NCBI RefSeq assembly: GCF_001194135.2
Contig: NC_068987.1
Location: 34,587,611 to 34,640,154 of the forward strand
DNA length: 52,544 nucleotides
From: Octopus bimaculoides
Taxonomy: Eukaryota
Direction: 5' to 3'
Part shown: positions 1-12,181 of the stretch, piece by piece
Layout of the letters: every line of letters starts with the position of its first letter
Position numbering within the stretch: position 1 is the stretch's first letter
Made by a program: the position numbers and the translations under genes
Notes under the pieces: generated by a model
What the model saw: only the letters and a program-made list of their open reading frames with translations
The model's database searches: none
Told to the model about the DNA's origin: nothing

Positions 1-477
1 AAAAATATATACGCACGCACACACACACATTCCAACATATATACATACATATATATGTAATTATACACACTCACACACATTTATATACAAATAATTTATA
101 CGTATGTATGTGTCAGTTTGATATGCATGAAATACCATTATAATTGTTCCTTAGGCTAGTGAGCTGTCTACCTACATGTGACCCCACACATACATGTTCA
201 TTCCCTGACAAACGCATAGAATTTCATAAGTGTATTATACCCCTTCTCTTAACGAAAACCAATGTTACCTACAATGCCAGAGGTTGCAGAATAACACAAT
301 TTAAAATGACTTTTTTTTTTTCAAATTGTGTATATGTTAAGGATAATGTTGATATATATCTATCACGTGGTTTCTCCTACTTTAGTGCTCTCTGTTTTTA
401 GTATATTTTTGACTATCTCAGATTATCTTCTAACTCTTTATAGTGAGAATGTTCGACAACAATTTGCTAACCTAATC

Positions 478-623
478 TGGTCATGGCCAAAATGCGGGCA
501 CACAGGATTTTCTGAATAGTGTGCCAAACAGGAATTTACTTTGAACGTTTTTAGAGGTGCGGCACACCTGATGATTAGCGAGACTCCCTGCGGCCCGCTT
601 ATCAGAATAGTTGTCCATGCCTA
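478..623. mobile_element. Possible small hAT-like MITE remnant
   Basis: Ends TGGTCATGGCCAA (478-490) and the reverse complement of TTGTCCATGCCTA (611-623) match 10/13. Subterminal GCGGGC/TGCGGCCCGC and GTGTGCC/GGCACAC motifs are typical of hAT MITEs. No 8-bp TSD is recognisable. Confidence 0.3.
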
Positions 624-2864
624 CTTTAGCCGCTACGCTTATGTTACTGATTGTACATAACGGTTGATTGGAAAGCGTGTGTATACATTTTAAACATATA
701 TTATGTTAGGTATGTTTCGATAGTGATACAATTTTTTTTTTTTAATATTCTGATATTCTCTTTCATATCTCTGTGTGTGCTATTGCTTAATATTTGGAAG
801 TATGAAAGATCTCTGTTCGTGGAATCAACCAAACATTATTGTAGGTAATTCGTTATATCTTTAGTGTGTTTCAAAAAGTAAAATCCAACAATATCAGTAA
901 CTTCTTTCTTCCTTTTCAGTATATGAAGCATTTGAGGAAGAAACTGAATCATAGTGGTTTGAATCTCTTTGGAGCTTCAAATAGTAAATGCAACATTAAC
1001 TCTGTTTAAACATAAATGTATTAATTTGCTGTAATTAACAGTAAGAAATTTTCTTATTTGATAATACTAAGTTAAATACGTGTTTATACTCTGCGATATG
1101 TGCAGTATTTACCACATGAATAAATTCAATGATTAGATATTTATCAAAATTGAACGAAATGGGTTTTCCCAAGTCAGAGGGAATTAAGCATAAATAAAAT
1201 TTGTGTCAAAAAAGAGTGTGTCATCCGATACCATCATGAAACATTTACCAGTAAAATCTGATGTTAAGTTGATCAGTGAAATCTAACGCATATATAAATG
1301 ATATATCGAGGGTGCCATTACTGTTTCCTTGTTTACATACAAAAGGTCTGAGCTTTGTAAATAGACCGTCATTTAACGTTCAGTCAGACTAAGTATGAAG
1401 TTATATGTGTTATACATGAAATCGTAAGTACGACTGCTTATAACAACTTTCTACAGATGTTGTCAATAAGATAGAATGTCTATGCTGGAGAGTACAAATG
1501 CGCAAAAAGGATCCCATGCATAAGGAATTATTGGAGTGATACAAAAAATAAGAGAGAAGGTACACGTAATACTATATACAAAATCCTATTTCAGAAAACA
1601 CACCTACGGCCATGAATCCAACAACGGAATAATCATTTATTTTGGGCAGACTAGAAACATTTAAATCACACCTTCTGTATTCTGAGATTCACTTTTTAAA
1701 CTAAATTTACCATATGATTATGCTGCATTCGGTAGAAAGTTCATACATAGGGCTTGGTACGTTAATAAAAACGAGAGAAAACTAATTCTACTTTTGAAGC
1801 GATATACTTAAGGAAAATATAATAAAAGGTTATATATGAAATTACATGTATCATTTACATGAGTTGCTACATTGGTCCAGTAATGTCATTAGAATGCGGG
1901 AAAAACTCATTTTCAAATAGGCTAATTGGATACTTTGCTAAAATAAAATTGTAGTGTGTATGTATATAAAAAAAAAATAAGTGCTTTCATACATAACTAC
2001 ATAGACAGATGCACACATACACACTCACACACACAAGCACACAAGTGCATGTGTGTGTGTGTGGAGGTGGAATAGTATTAATAGATTTTGATACATATAT
2101 AAGAAATCAGAGTTAGCGGTTGGAATAACTGTTTAGGGATAAGAACATCCGTACTTCCTACCGGTATCATTTACCTATATGATCCCTACGCATGGCTATG
2201 CAAGCACACTATGTTCATAGCGTACAGGTAATATTAGAATAAACAAAAAAATTTCAGGCATCAAATTTAAAATACACAGAAAATGGAGAAAACTTTTGAT
2301 CAACAAGTAAATAAATTGACGAACATCGGTCACTTAACCAAGGTTGGTCAGTTTGTTTGTTTGTTAATCAAATATATTCTCGAATTTCTGATTATTTTAT
2401 ATTTCAAATATATATATATATATATATATATATANNNNNNNNNNNNNNNNNNNNNNNNNNNNNNNNNNNNNNNNNNNNNNNNNNNNNNNNNNNNNNNNNN
2501 NNNNNNNNNNNNNNNNNNNNNNNNNNNNNNNNNNNNNNNNNNNNNNNNNNNNNNNNNNNNNNNNNNNNNNNNNNNNNNNNNNNNNNNNNNNNNNNNNNNN
2601 NNNNNNNNNNNNNNNNNNNNNNNNNNNNNNNNNNNNNNNNNNNNNNNNNNNNNNNNNNNNNNNNNNNNNNNNNNNNNNNNNNNNNNNNNNNNNNNNNNNN
2701 NNNNNNNNNNNNNNNNNNNNNNNNNNNNNNNNNNNNNNNNNNNNNNNNNNNNNNNNNNNNNNNNNNNNNNNNNNNNNNNNNNNNNNNNNNNNNNNNNNNN
2801 ATACATACATACATACATACATACAAACATGTGCATGTGTGTATGTGTGTGTATTCTTATATAA

Positions 2865-2896
<32 letters not shown>

Positions 2897-3521
2897 TTGC
2901 ATACACATACGTAAAATGTATGTATACATAAATTTACCTATCTCCCTCTCTATCTCTGTATGTATTTACGTATAATACTAATTGATGAATAACTAGACTA
3001 GAGAGATATATCGATTGATAAATAGACAGATAAGCTTATATAAATATATATGTACATACATACGTACATACATACATACATACATACATACATACATTAT
3101 ACATACATGCATACATTATACATACATGCATACATACATACGAAAATCGAGATGAGGAGAGAGAGGGAGAGGGAGAGAGAGACAAAGAGGGGCGTAGAAA
3201 ATTTGCTGTAAGAAATAAGAAATGTGAGCCGATAGTGTAAAAAATAGAGTAGGTAAAACGGATTCAGATATACGTGAAGATAGAATAACAATCAGTCACT
3301 ACTACTACATGACACGACAAGAATAGAGCTATTTACAATGTTAATTATACTGCAGGGACATCACTATCGCTAATAAAGAAATTATACAAACTAAATAAAC
3401 AGCACGTAATCGATAATCTCTATCATACTCAGAGACAAGCGTATTCAATATTATACACTGATGAGTCAATTCACTTCCTTACACACACATACACACATAC
3501 ACACACACATTCATACATAAT

Positions 3522-3552
<31 letters not shown>

Positions 3553-4159
3553 NNNNNNNNNNNNNNNNNNNNNNNNNNNNNNNNNNNNNNNNNNNNNNNN
3601 NNNNNNNNNNNNNNNNNNNNNNNNNNNNNNNNNNNNNNNNNNNNNNNNNNNNNNNNNNNNNNNNNNNNNNNNNNNNNNNNNNNNNNNNNNNNNNNNNNNN
3701 NNNNNNNNNNNNNNNNNNNNNNNNNNNNNNNNNNNNNNNNNNNNNNNNNNNNNNNNNNNNNNNNNNNNNNNNNNNNNNNNNNNNNNNNNNNNNNNNNNNN
3801 NNNNNNNNNNNNNNNNNNNNNNNNNNNNNNNNNNNNNNNNNNNNNNNNNNNNNNNNNNNNNNNNNNNNNNNNNNNNNNNNNNNNNNNNNNNNNNNNNNNN
3901 NNNNNNNNNNNNNNNNNNNNNNNNNNNNNNNNNNNNNNNNNNNNNNNNNNNNNNNNNNNNNNNNNNNNNNNNNNNNNNNNNNNNNNNNNNNNNNNNNNNN
4001 NNNNNNNNNNNNNNNNNNNNNNNNNNNNNNNNNNNNNNNNNNNNNNNNNNNNNNNNNNNNNNNNNNNNNNNNNNNNNNNNNNNNNNNNNNNNNNNNNNNN
4101 NNNNNNNNNNNNNNNAATCAACAACACCAGTATATTAGATACGGTGGAATGTCTTAAAT

Positions 4160-4173
4160 AATACTACTACTAC

Positions 4174-4205
<32 letters not shown>

Positions 4206-4255
4206 GCAACAACAACAACAACAACACCAACAATAATAATAATAATAATGATAAT
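4160..4255. repeat. Compound trinucleotide microsatellite (TAC)n(TAA)n(CAA)n
   Basis: Directly visible in the sequence. Confidence 0.95.
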
Positions 4256-4257
4256 AT

Positions 4258-4775
4258 CCGCCCTGATGCAGTACCAGGGAAGCGTTATCATGTACATTGT
4301 TTTGTCTTGGTATAAAAAGATGGGCTACAGTAAATATTCTGCTTAATACCACAGATTTGCTTGTCAGGTGTTTGACCTTAACCAGTTGAGCATGTCCTTG
4401 GTGGCTGACGATATGAGCAGAAGTAGTGGGAGTGCATCATAGCCATGTGCTGAGAGGAATTATTTGGGGTTTGAATAATTCACCTTTGAAAACATGGGTG
4501 TTTTGCTCAACATCCTTAAACGAACCTTATGCAGGGACTTTTGAGCAGGATGGGCTAATCGACCTGAAGAAAATTCTAACTGGGCTCCACCTGCAAGGTC
4601 ATGCGTTGTTTATCTTGAAAGGAGATCACCATATCGCGCACATATGGTTGTGATGCATGTGCCTGGTGTACCCTTATCAGACAGCTAGTCATGATGGGTA
4701 TACTGGGCTTTGTGTATTTGTACCCCAGTGTAACTTTAATGGCATGCACTGCTCTCTCACTCAATAATAATAATA
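4258..4775. mobile_element. Dispersed repeat, unclassified family, copy 1
   Basis: About 400 bp aligns by eye to 33076-33485 (shared TTATCATGTACA...TTGGTATAAAA(A)GATGG...CCACAGATTTGCTTGTC...GTGATGCATGTGCCTGGTGTACCC). Bounded by (AAT)n on both sides. No ORF with recognisable motifs. Confidence 0.8.
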
Positions 4776-4782
4776 TTAATGA

Positions 4783-4912
4783 TTTCAAATCTTGGCAATT
4801 TGGGGATAGGGGCTAAGTCCCAGTGTTTGGCTAGTATTTATTTAATCGACCTCGAAAGGATAAAAGGCAACCTCGACCTTAGAGGCTTTTGAACTCAGAA
4901 CGCCGCCTGAAC
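4783..4912 (-). mobile_element. tRNA-derived SINE fragment (family A)
   Basis: Shares ATCGACC-N-GAAAGGAT-AAAGGCAA--TCGACC...TTTGAACTCAGAACG with the copies at 5015, 6730, 28588 and 49530. The minus strand carries a box-B-like GAGTTCAAA. Confidence 0.7.
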
Positions 4913-5014
4913 AATAAGAACAAAAACAAAATATAACAGGAGCAACAACAACAAAAACCAAAATGACAAGAACATAAACAACAACAACAAAAACAGTAAT
5001 GATAATAATAATAA

Positions 5015-5150
5015 TAATCCTTTTTACTATAGACACGTGGCCTGAAATTGTTATACTTAAATTATAATTTATGTATCGACCCCGGAAGGATGAAAACCAA
5101 AGTGATCCTCAGCAGCATTTGAGCTCAGAACGTAGAGACGGACGAAGTGT
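5015..5150 (-). mobile_element. tRNA-derived SINE fragment (family A)
   Basis: (AAT)n-AATCCTTTT-ACTATAG...GGCCTGAAATT followed by ATCGACCCCGGAAGGATGAAA...TTTGAGCTCAGAACGTAGAGACGGACGAA. Confidence 0.7.
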
Positions 5151-6309
5151 AATGTTCGTAGTGGTCATGGAATAGTAGAATTAGTAAGGTCATTCTCTTT
5201 TATTTTCATTATTGGTACTTTTCTTCTAAATATTTTTAGTTATTATGCATTCGTATTATCTTTGTAAAATTGCTTTTATCTTTTAGTAGATTTTTTATTA
5301 TGTTTGTTGTTGTCATTATTGTCTTCAACTTTGCTGCCGTAGTCATTATGTTTTTTCCTCTTTGTTTTTCCGGATTAACAATCTCTCGCTAAAATAACAC
5401 AGATGCTTTTAACGGCTTTGCCTACCAGAATCGAAGTACAGAAGGAAAAAAAACAATGAAGGGATAACTAAAATATAAAAATAAATTACAGACTGTATTC
5501 CTTGTATATTACAATGCATTAACCCATAAAACGCTTAATGAAAGCTTACAATAGGTTTCGGTTTAGTTAACTAATCCCTCTAGTGTGTTTTTAATATATT
5601 GCCTGCATTATTATCCTGCTATACCGCGACATCCATATTTTATTATGACATTATGTTATGTTCCTAAAAATACACATGCACGCAAATACTTATGCATGCG
5701 TGCGCATATACATTTATGTCTGTATAGGCGTATGTAGGCGCAAGTGTAAATATTAGTGCATGTGTCTATGCGCTTGTGTGTGTGTGTCCGCGCGTTGCGT
5801 ATATNNNNNNNNNNNNNNNNNNNNNNNNNNNNNNNNNNNNNNNNNNNNNNNNNNNNNNNNNNNNNNNNNNNNNNNNNNNNNNNNNNNNNNNNNNNNNNNN
5901 NNNNNNNNNNNNNNNNNNNNATATATATATATATATATATATACATATGCATATACATGCATGCATATACGTACGTATTCATGTATGTTGACGCATGCAG
6001 CTAGGAATAATTGATTTCCTACGCATAAAAGCAACATAATAATTGATATTGAAGAGCAAAATTGCACAATGCTAGTTGAAGCCTAACATTTACTGTAGCT
6101 TTTGAAGGCAATCACTTTGAAATTTAACAGATTGTTGCTTGTTGAAAGACCCGTTAACAATTCAAGTCTTTGCTAAAATTATATCGACCGTACGTGAGCT
6201 GATTTTGTCGGACATATAGTTTTCTTAGATGTGAGAAATCTCCTCCGTAATATTATTTACGGCCAGCTGCATGAACAAAGTAAATTTAAAACTTGTGAAG
6301 GTCCAAGAA

Positions 6310-6445
6310 GTAATATTGGTTTCAAATTTTGGCAAGTAGGCTACAAATTTCTGGGAAAGAGTAAGTCGATTATATGTATTACATGCTCAGATGGTACTTT
6401 TTTTCATCGGCACAGAAAATGTGGACAACAAAACCTACTTGGGAG
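6310..6445 (-). mobile_element. Degraded SINE fragment (family A)
   Basis: GAGTAAGTCGATTA...CATGCTCAGATGGTACTTTTTTCATCGGC resembles the family A body; heavily decayed. Confidence 0.45.
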
Positions 6446-6729
6446 GAATTCAAATTCAGAATTTAAATACGTTTAAAATGTAGCCAAGCGTTTTTCTCAC
6501 CATGCTAATAATTTTTCCAACATCCCGTCTGATACTGACGTAATATTGTTTTAATAATTTGGAAAAAATTCAGAAAAATGTGCGTGGGAGAAATTGATTA
6601 CATCAATCCCAGTCCTCAGCTTGTACTTATTTTCTGGGTCCCAAAATTCGACCCGAATGGAATTGAACGAAATGCCGACAAGCATTTTGTCTGATGTGCT
6701 AAATCCCCGCTTTATACTCATGCAATGCT

Positions 6730-6940
6730 GGTTTCAAATGTTTGGCACAAATCCACCAATTTTTAGGGAGGGGCTAAGTCGATTGCACAAATTACATTAT
6801 TGACCTGGTACTTATATTATGTTTCGCGAAGGGATGAAATTTATAGACAACCTGAGCGGAATTTGAACTTAAGACGTAAAGACAGACGAAATGGTCGCGA
6901 AGCGTTTTGCTCGTTGTGCTAACGTTTCTCCCGGCTCAAC
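6730..6940 (-). mobile_element. tRNA-derived SINE, near full length (family A)
   Basis: GGGAGGGGCTAAGTCGATT...CTGGTACTTAT...GAGCGGAATTTGAACTTAAGACGTAAAGACAGACGAAAT...GCTAACGTTTCTCCCGGCTC is the reverse complement of the head seen at 28588. Confidence 0.7.
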
Positions 6941-7761
6941 GTCCTATTCATTTTACAAGGGTATTTATTGTTCTACCCCACTTTCACAGGCGATTAAATC
7001 TATGGAGGGAAATTAGATTAGATACATGTATTCAGGTGGATTTCTGATCTCACAGATCAATTATTTGTGTCTTGAATATAATAGAGTCATGCATCAACAC
7101 CCAGAATCCATGAAATATTAAATAACGCAGACTTGTGTAAGTAAATGTTCATCATCGATTTCGAGATGTACCAGTAACGAAAGAGTGTGTACGTATATGT
7201 GTGGATGATTGCATATATTCAGACCAGTCTTCGATGTATGCAACAGCATGAATGACATACCTCATCCACTTCCTCAAGCTTTTCACATAGATAATCTGCA
7301 TATATAATAACATGCACTCCTCTTTATGGGCTTAGGAATGTGTAAGTTCATGTATATCCTATTTATTTCGGGTGGAATTGTTTGTAGTTGTATTACATTT
7401 CTCCCAGATGTCTTTTATATGACCCATGTATACATAGGTATCTTTGTTCTATCACACACACACGCACCCAAGCATACACACGCGTGCACATATACACATA
7501 TACATACATACATTCATCCGAATAGGTAATATATATGCATATGTATATAAATACATATATACTCACATATATGCGCACGCGTACACACTCACATACACAA
7601 GCACACACACACACACATACACACACACACACAAACACACATGTACATCAGCGAATGGACATATATGAAGATATTATCACTCTAAGACAAGCATTATTAA
7701 AAGATACGTCTTTATTTGAGCGATATATATAAATGTCCATTGGGTACAATATGTTTGCTTA

Positions 7762-9180
7762 CACTGTGTAACACCAATTTTATTGTTCTAAATTATTTTT
7801 GACGTTCCTTCTGTTTTCCTTTTTCTGATTAAAAACAAAAAAAAGCACACTTAGATTTCAATATTTCAAGTGATAATTTTGGTTTTATTTTGGAAGAAAA
7901 AATACGTTGTTGTGGTAATGCTTTATTGACCTTATTTCCATTGTGCTACATTTCTTACAGAAAATTGTAAGTAGGCATGTGATGACATTACACTAGAAAT
8001 GCATTAAAAATCAAGTTTTCCTACTGTGAGCTCCTTAATCTTTTGAAAGAAGTGATCATATATAGTCTCCCATCATGTGAGTGTCTCATCCTCCTTAGTA
8101 TCTTTCCCCTCACACAACGATACCTTGATGGAATCTATCACTGAGGTGATCTCAGTGAAAGAATACATCAGGGAAGAACTCTAAATATGAATGTAAGCGA
8201 AGGGCACCTTTAAGGGCATACGACAGCCCAAATTCTTAAAACTCTCAATACGCTTTACCACCAGTTGCATGGAGTTGGGATCTGTGTTGTTGCCCAGGAA
8301 GACATGGACTATGGCACGATGTGCACAGCAAGTTTCTCTTTCGCATCACTCATTGACTTTTCAAGTTTCTCTCAACTCAACATCGTCTTATTTTGTGGTC
8401 CAGTAAAAATGATATCCTTAACCTTTGATTCAGACCGCTTTGAAAAAAGTAAATTAATTTCTTGAAAGGGTTTTCCACCGTAATATAAAGTCTTCAGGAT
8501 TTATTTGACCAAACGTAGTTTTATGTAGAATGGAGGTAACAAAATGTTATCCTATTATATTTTGCTTTCCTGGCTGCATGTCATTTCGTGGAGACAACGC
8601 AGCCTTCCGGTAACACTCACTATCAGCTCTGTTTTCCCATAGGCAAAAATCTCGGGAATCTTAAAATCTCTACATACATCTCGCTTGTGATCTGCATAGT
8701 TTACTTTCTGAAGAAGCTTTACACATTTTTATATCCTTCATTCGTCTGTACCGAGTATGGAATAGGCATACTGATTTCTATTGTGGAGTAAGGCAGCTTT
8801 GAATCTTCTTCCTGAGCTGTCTTTGAAAATTCGCCAGCCTTTTGGGTTTTGATCAACTCCAACGGCTAAAAACAAGCCCTTTATATATTTGCAAAATATA
8901 TAAATTTTTTGTTTCAATAATCCCCACACCCCCAACACGCCTCCTACCTTCCCCACCGATACTGCTTGCTCCCCACATTTAATCATTCTAACTTTTAACG
9001 TCTCTGCATCATGATCTGAGATGTATGTTTTCCTTTCTGCCCTCATAACGGAAGCACGATTTATGCAATGATTATTTGATTACATTACTGGGCGCATATG
9101 TTTGTGAACTTCATCTAACAACGTTATGGTGGATAATTGTCAGTGTCGTTTGTACTGGGTGTAAGTTTGATCTATTAAAA
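7762..9180 (-). mobile_element. CMC/Chapaev3-type DNA transposon remnant (transposase pseudogene)
   Basis: Minus-strand translation gives the ordered motifs NPKGWRIFKDSSGRRFKAALLHN (cf. EWRLFIDSSKRSLKAVLLHN), VNYADHKRDVCRDFKI, ILLPPFYIKLRLVK (cf. LPPLHIKLGLMK), ESKVKDIIFTGPQ (cf. AKIKEGIFVGPQ), LGCRMPLKV..LHSYLEFFP and RFHQ..MGDY, with stops and frameshifts. The putative terminus CACTGTGTAACA at 7762 fits the CAC termini of CMC elements. The 5' end is lost near the gap at 9295. Confidence 0.85.
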
Positions 9181-10218
9181 TATAAACATTTATACATTTA
9201 TACTTAATTATTCATCGTCAACGAGTTTTCAGTTTTTTGCTTTCATTCTGTTTACTTGTATACATACATATATACATGCATACAAACATATATANNNNNN
9301 NNNNNNNNNNNNNNNNNNNNNNNNNNNNNNNNNNNNNNNNNNNNNNNNNNNNNNNNNNNNNNNNNNNNNNNNNNNNNNNNNNNNNNNNNNNNNNNNNNNN
9401 NNNNNNNNNNNNNNNNNNNNNNNNNNNNNNNNNNNNNNNNNNNNNNNNNNNNNNNNNNNNNNNNNNNNNNNNNNNNNNNNNNNNNNNNNNNNNNNNNNNN
9501 NNNNNNNNNNNNNNNNNNNNNNNNNNNNNNNNNNNNNNNNNNNNNNNNNNNNNNNNNNNNNNNNNNNNNNNNNNNNNNNNNNNNNNNNNNNNNNNNNNNN
9601 NNNNNNNNNNNNNNNNNNNNNNNNNNNNNNNNNNNNNNNNNNNNNNNNNNNNNNNNNNNNNNNNNNNNNNNNNNNNNNNNNNNNNNNNNNNNNNNNNNNN
9701 NNNNNNNNNNNNNNNNNNNNNNNNNNNNNNNNNNNNNNNNNNNNNNNNNNNNNNNNNNNNNNNNNNNNNNNNNNNNNNNNNNNNNNNNNNNNNNNNNNNN
9801 NNNNNNNNNNNNNNNNNNNNNNNNNNNNNNNNNNNNNNNNNNNNNNNNNNNNNNNNNNNNNNNNNNNNNNNNNNNNNNNNNNNNNNNNNNNNNNNNNNNN
9901 NNNNNNNNNNNNNNNNNNNNNNNNNNNNNNNNNNNNNNNNNNNNNNNNNNNNNNNNNNNNNNNNNNNNNNNNNNNNNNNNNNNNNNNNNNNNNNNNNNNN
10001 NNNNNNNNNNNNNNNNNNNNNNNNNNNNNNNNNNNNNNNNNNNNNNNNNNNNNNNNNNNNNNNNNNNNNNNNNNNNNNNNNNNNNNNNNNNNNNNNNNNN
10101 NNNNNNNNNNNNNNNNNNNNNNNNNNNNNNNNNNNNNNNNNNNNNNNNNNNNNNNNNNNNNNNNNNNNNNNNNNNNNNNNNNNNNNNNNNNNNNNNNNNN
10201 NNNNNNNNNNNNNNNNNN

Positions 10219-10276
<58 letters not shown>

Positions 10277-10730
10277 TACAGAGATGTACTTACATGGCAC
10301 GTGACCTGATCTGAGATCGTGTGCTGCAACGAAGACAATTGCAGCGTGCAATGTGTTTATAAGCCATTTAAAATAACACACAAAAGCCGTTTGATTCACT
10401 TCAATATTTAAATTTAATTTGTCAAAATATCAGAACCAACGACATGAAGTCCGAAAAAGCGAGATAAATAGGCAAACAACGAGAGAAAAAATCGCAACAC
10501 AGAGATCAACACTTTGTTAGTTGTTGACTGTCTATCTACTCATCATTTCAAGCATTCAAAAACCATATGAGTCGCAAAGACAGTTGCTCCCATAAATTCC
10601 AAAATAAATATTAGATTAATTGGTGGGTCAAAATTGGGAACAGAGACAGGACAGTTGTGACACATAAGGAAACCGAAAGTAAACAAACATGGAGAATCGT
10701 ATGAACGCCGCGCATCCATTCCCTATTAAG

Positions 10731-10768
<38 letters not shown>

Positions 10769-10819
10769 CGTTTGTGTGTGTGTCTGTGTATGTGTGTGTG
10801 CGTGTTTGTGTATGTGTGT

Positions 10820-10890
<71 letters not shown>

Positions 10891-10894
10891 TGTG

Positions 10895-11276
10895 TTGTAC
10901 AAAATCCACGTTTAATCACAAGTTTCAAAACAATCGAGAGATGGATCGGTCTTGAAGTTCTTTTGCCAGTTCCCAAGTTGTTTTACACGGATCTTTCTCA
11001 ATGACGGTTTTAATTGAGCGTCATCGATGACAGATAGGCGTCCACTATGCTCACGATCTTCAAGTCTCCGGTATTCACTTCGGAATTATTTCAACCATTT
11101 TCCAGCTGAACACTCACTGCTCGTTTCCTCACCAAACGTTTCGTTGATATCGCGAGTAGTTTCAGCTACATGCCGTCATTTTTAGTAATTGAATACCAAA
11201 AAGGATCCAAAATTCTGCAAAGTCCGGTACAAATTCTTCATGGTTCAAAATGTTGCCTACTTTTTACTCAACCTGA
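10895..11276 (-). mobile_element. Mariner transposon 5' fragment, internally deleted (same family as 46740-47858)
   Basis: TIR TCAGGTTGAGTAAAAAGTAGGCAAC ends at 11276 with TA at 11277-78. The minus strand reads GAAGATCGTGAGCATAGTGGACGCC...GAGAAAGATCCGTGTAAAAC...AAAAGAACTTCAAG, similar to 46983-47096, and then jumps directly to DPSLDCFETCD*TWILY. Confidence 0.85.
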
Positions 11277-11576
11277 TAAATGCAGAAAGGGAATAATGCC
11301 TTCTGGATTCGAAGACGCGATATGTCGAGTTTATATAACTGAAAGAGTTAGCACCAATTATTGCCTCAGTTATTGCACCACGCTTCAATAAAATGGCACC
11401 CAAACTCATCAAGCCAAGGGTCATTTAAGTACGAGACAAACTTCTTGAGCTTTCCCAACTACTTTATCCATATATCAAATCCGCTGCATTCACACACACA
11501 TACACACACGCGCGAGCGCATACAGACAGTCACTCGCATGCAAATGCACAAATACGTAAATATACTAATATAAGTA

Positions 11577-12088
11577 TGTAGTGGGAATATATAGTCAATA
11601 CAAGGTGTTGATGTGGCTGCGTGTATGTTATTACAATAGTTCAAAAAGAAATGAAGAATAAATTCACGACCTATATATTTACTACATAGATATATGTTTT
11701 ATTTACTGGTCAATAGTAATACATAGAATCAATATGTAAAATCTAGTTGAATTAAGTAATCTATGCAAGAAAGTTCAGAGACAGGAAATATAGAAATAAC
11801 AGCGAAGTTGTGGTTTTCAGTTCTGTGGCGTAGAGAAATAGACATAGCAATGACGAGAATGGTTCTAAGTCAAATCGACTGAGACGCGAATAGTAGGGTT
11901 AGCAAGTTGCTTTCATTAATATAACGCGAGATATTCTAGAAGCTTCCAACAGATACGCTAAGCTTCCTGAATAAGTAAGAATCACTTCTCATGACACAGA
12001 GGCTTCGTGAAACTTAGTAAAAGGAGGTTACTTTCTAATCTTTCTTGCAAGGTTGATCATTCAACTATTTAGCTACATAGACCCTACA
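11577..12088 (-). repeat. 3' LTR of the Gypsy element
   Basis: TGTAG...TACA ends on the minus strand; aligns with 15465-15955. Confidence 0.92.
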
Positions 12089-12097
12089 CTTCCCACC
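12089..12097 (-). promoter_or_regulatory. Polypurine tract
   Basis: GGTGGGAAG on the minus strand immediately abuts the 3' LTR start TGTAG. Confidence 0.8.
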
Positions 12098-12181
12098 AGG
12101 CGGAGGTAACTTTATACAATAATGACAATAACAATAATGTATACATCAAACCGTGTCAAACTTTAGAAATGATATCACAGT

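Noticed and set aside
562-600. CTGATGA at about 569 as a hammerhead
   Set aside because: No stem II or GAAA follows.
4560-4600. CTGAAGA in the unclassified repeat as a hammerhead
   Set aside because: No downstream GAAA at suitable spacing, and the motif is not conserved in copy 2.
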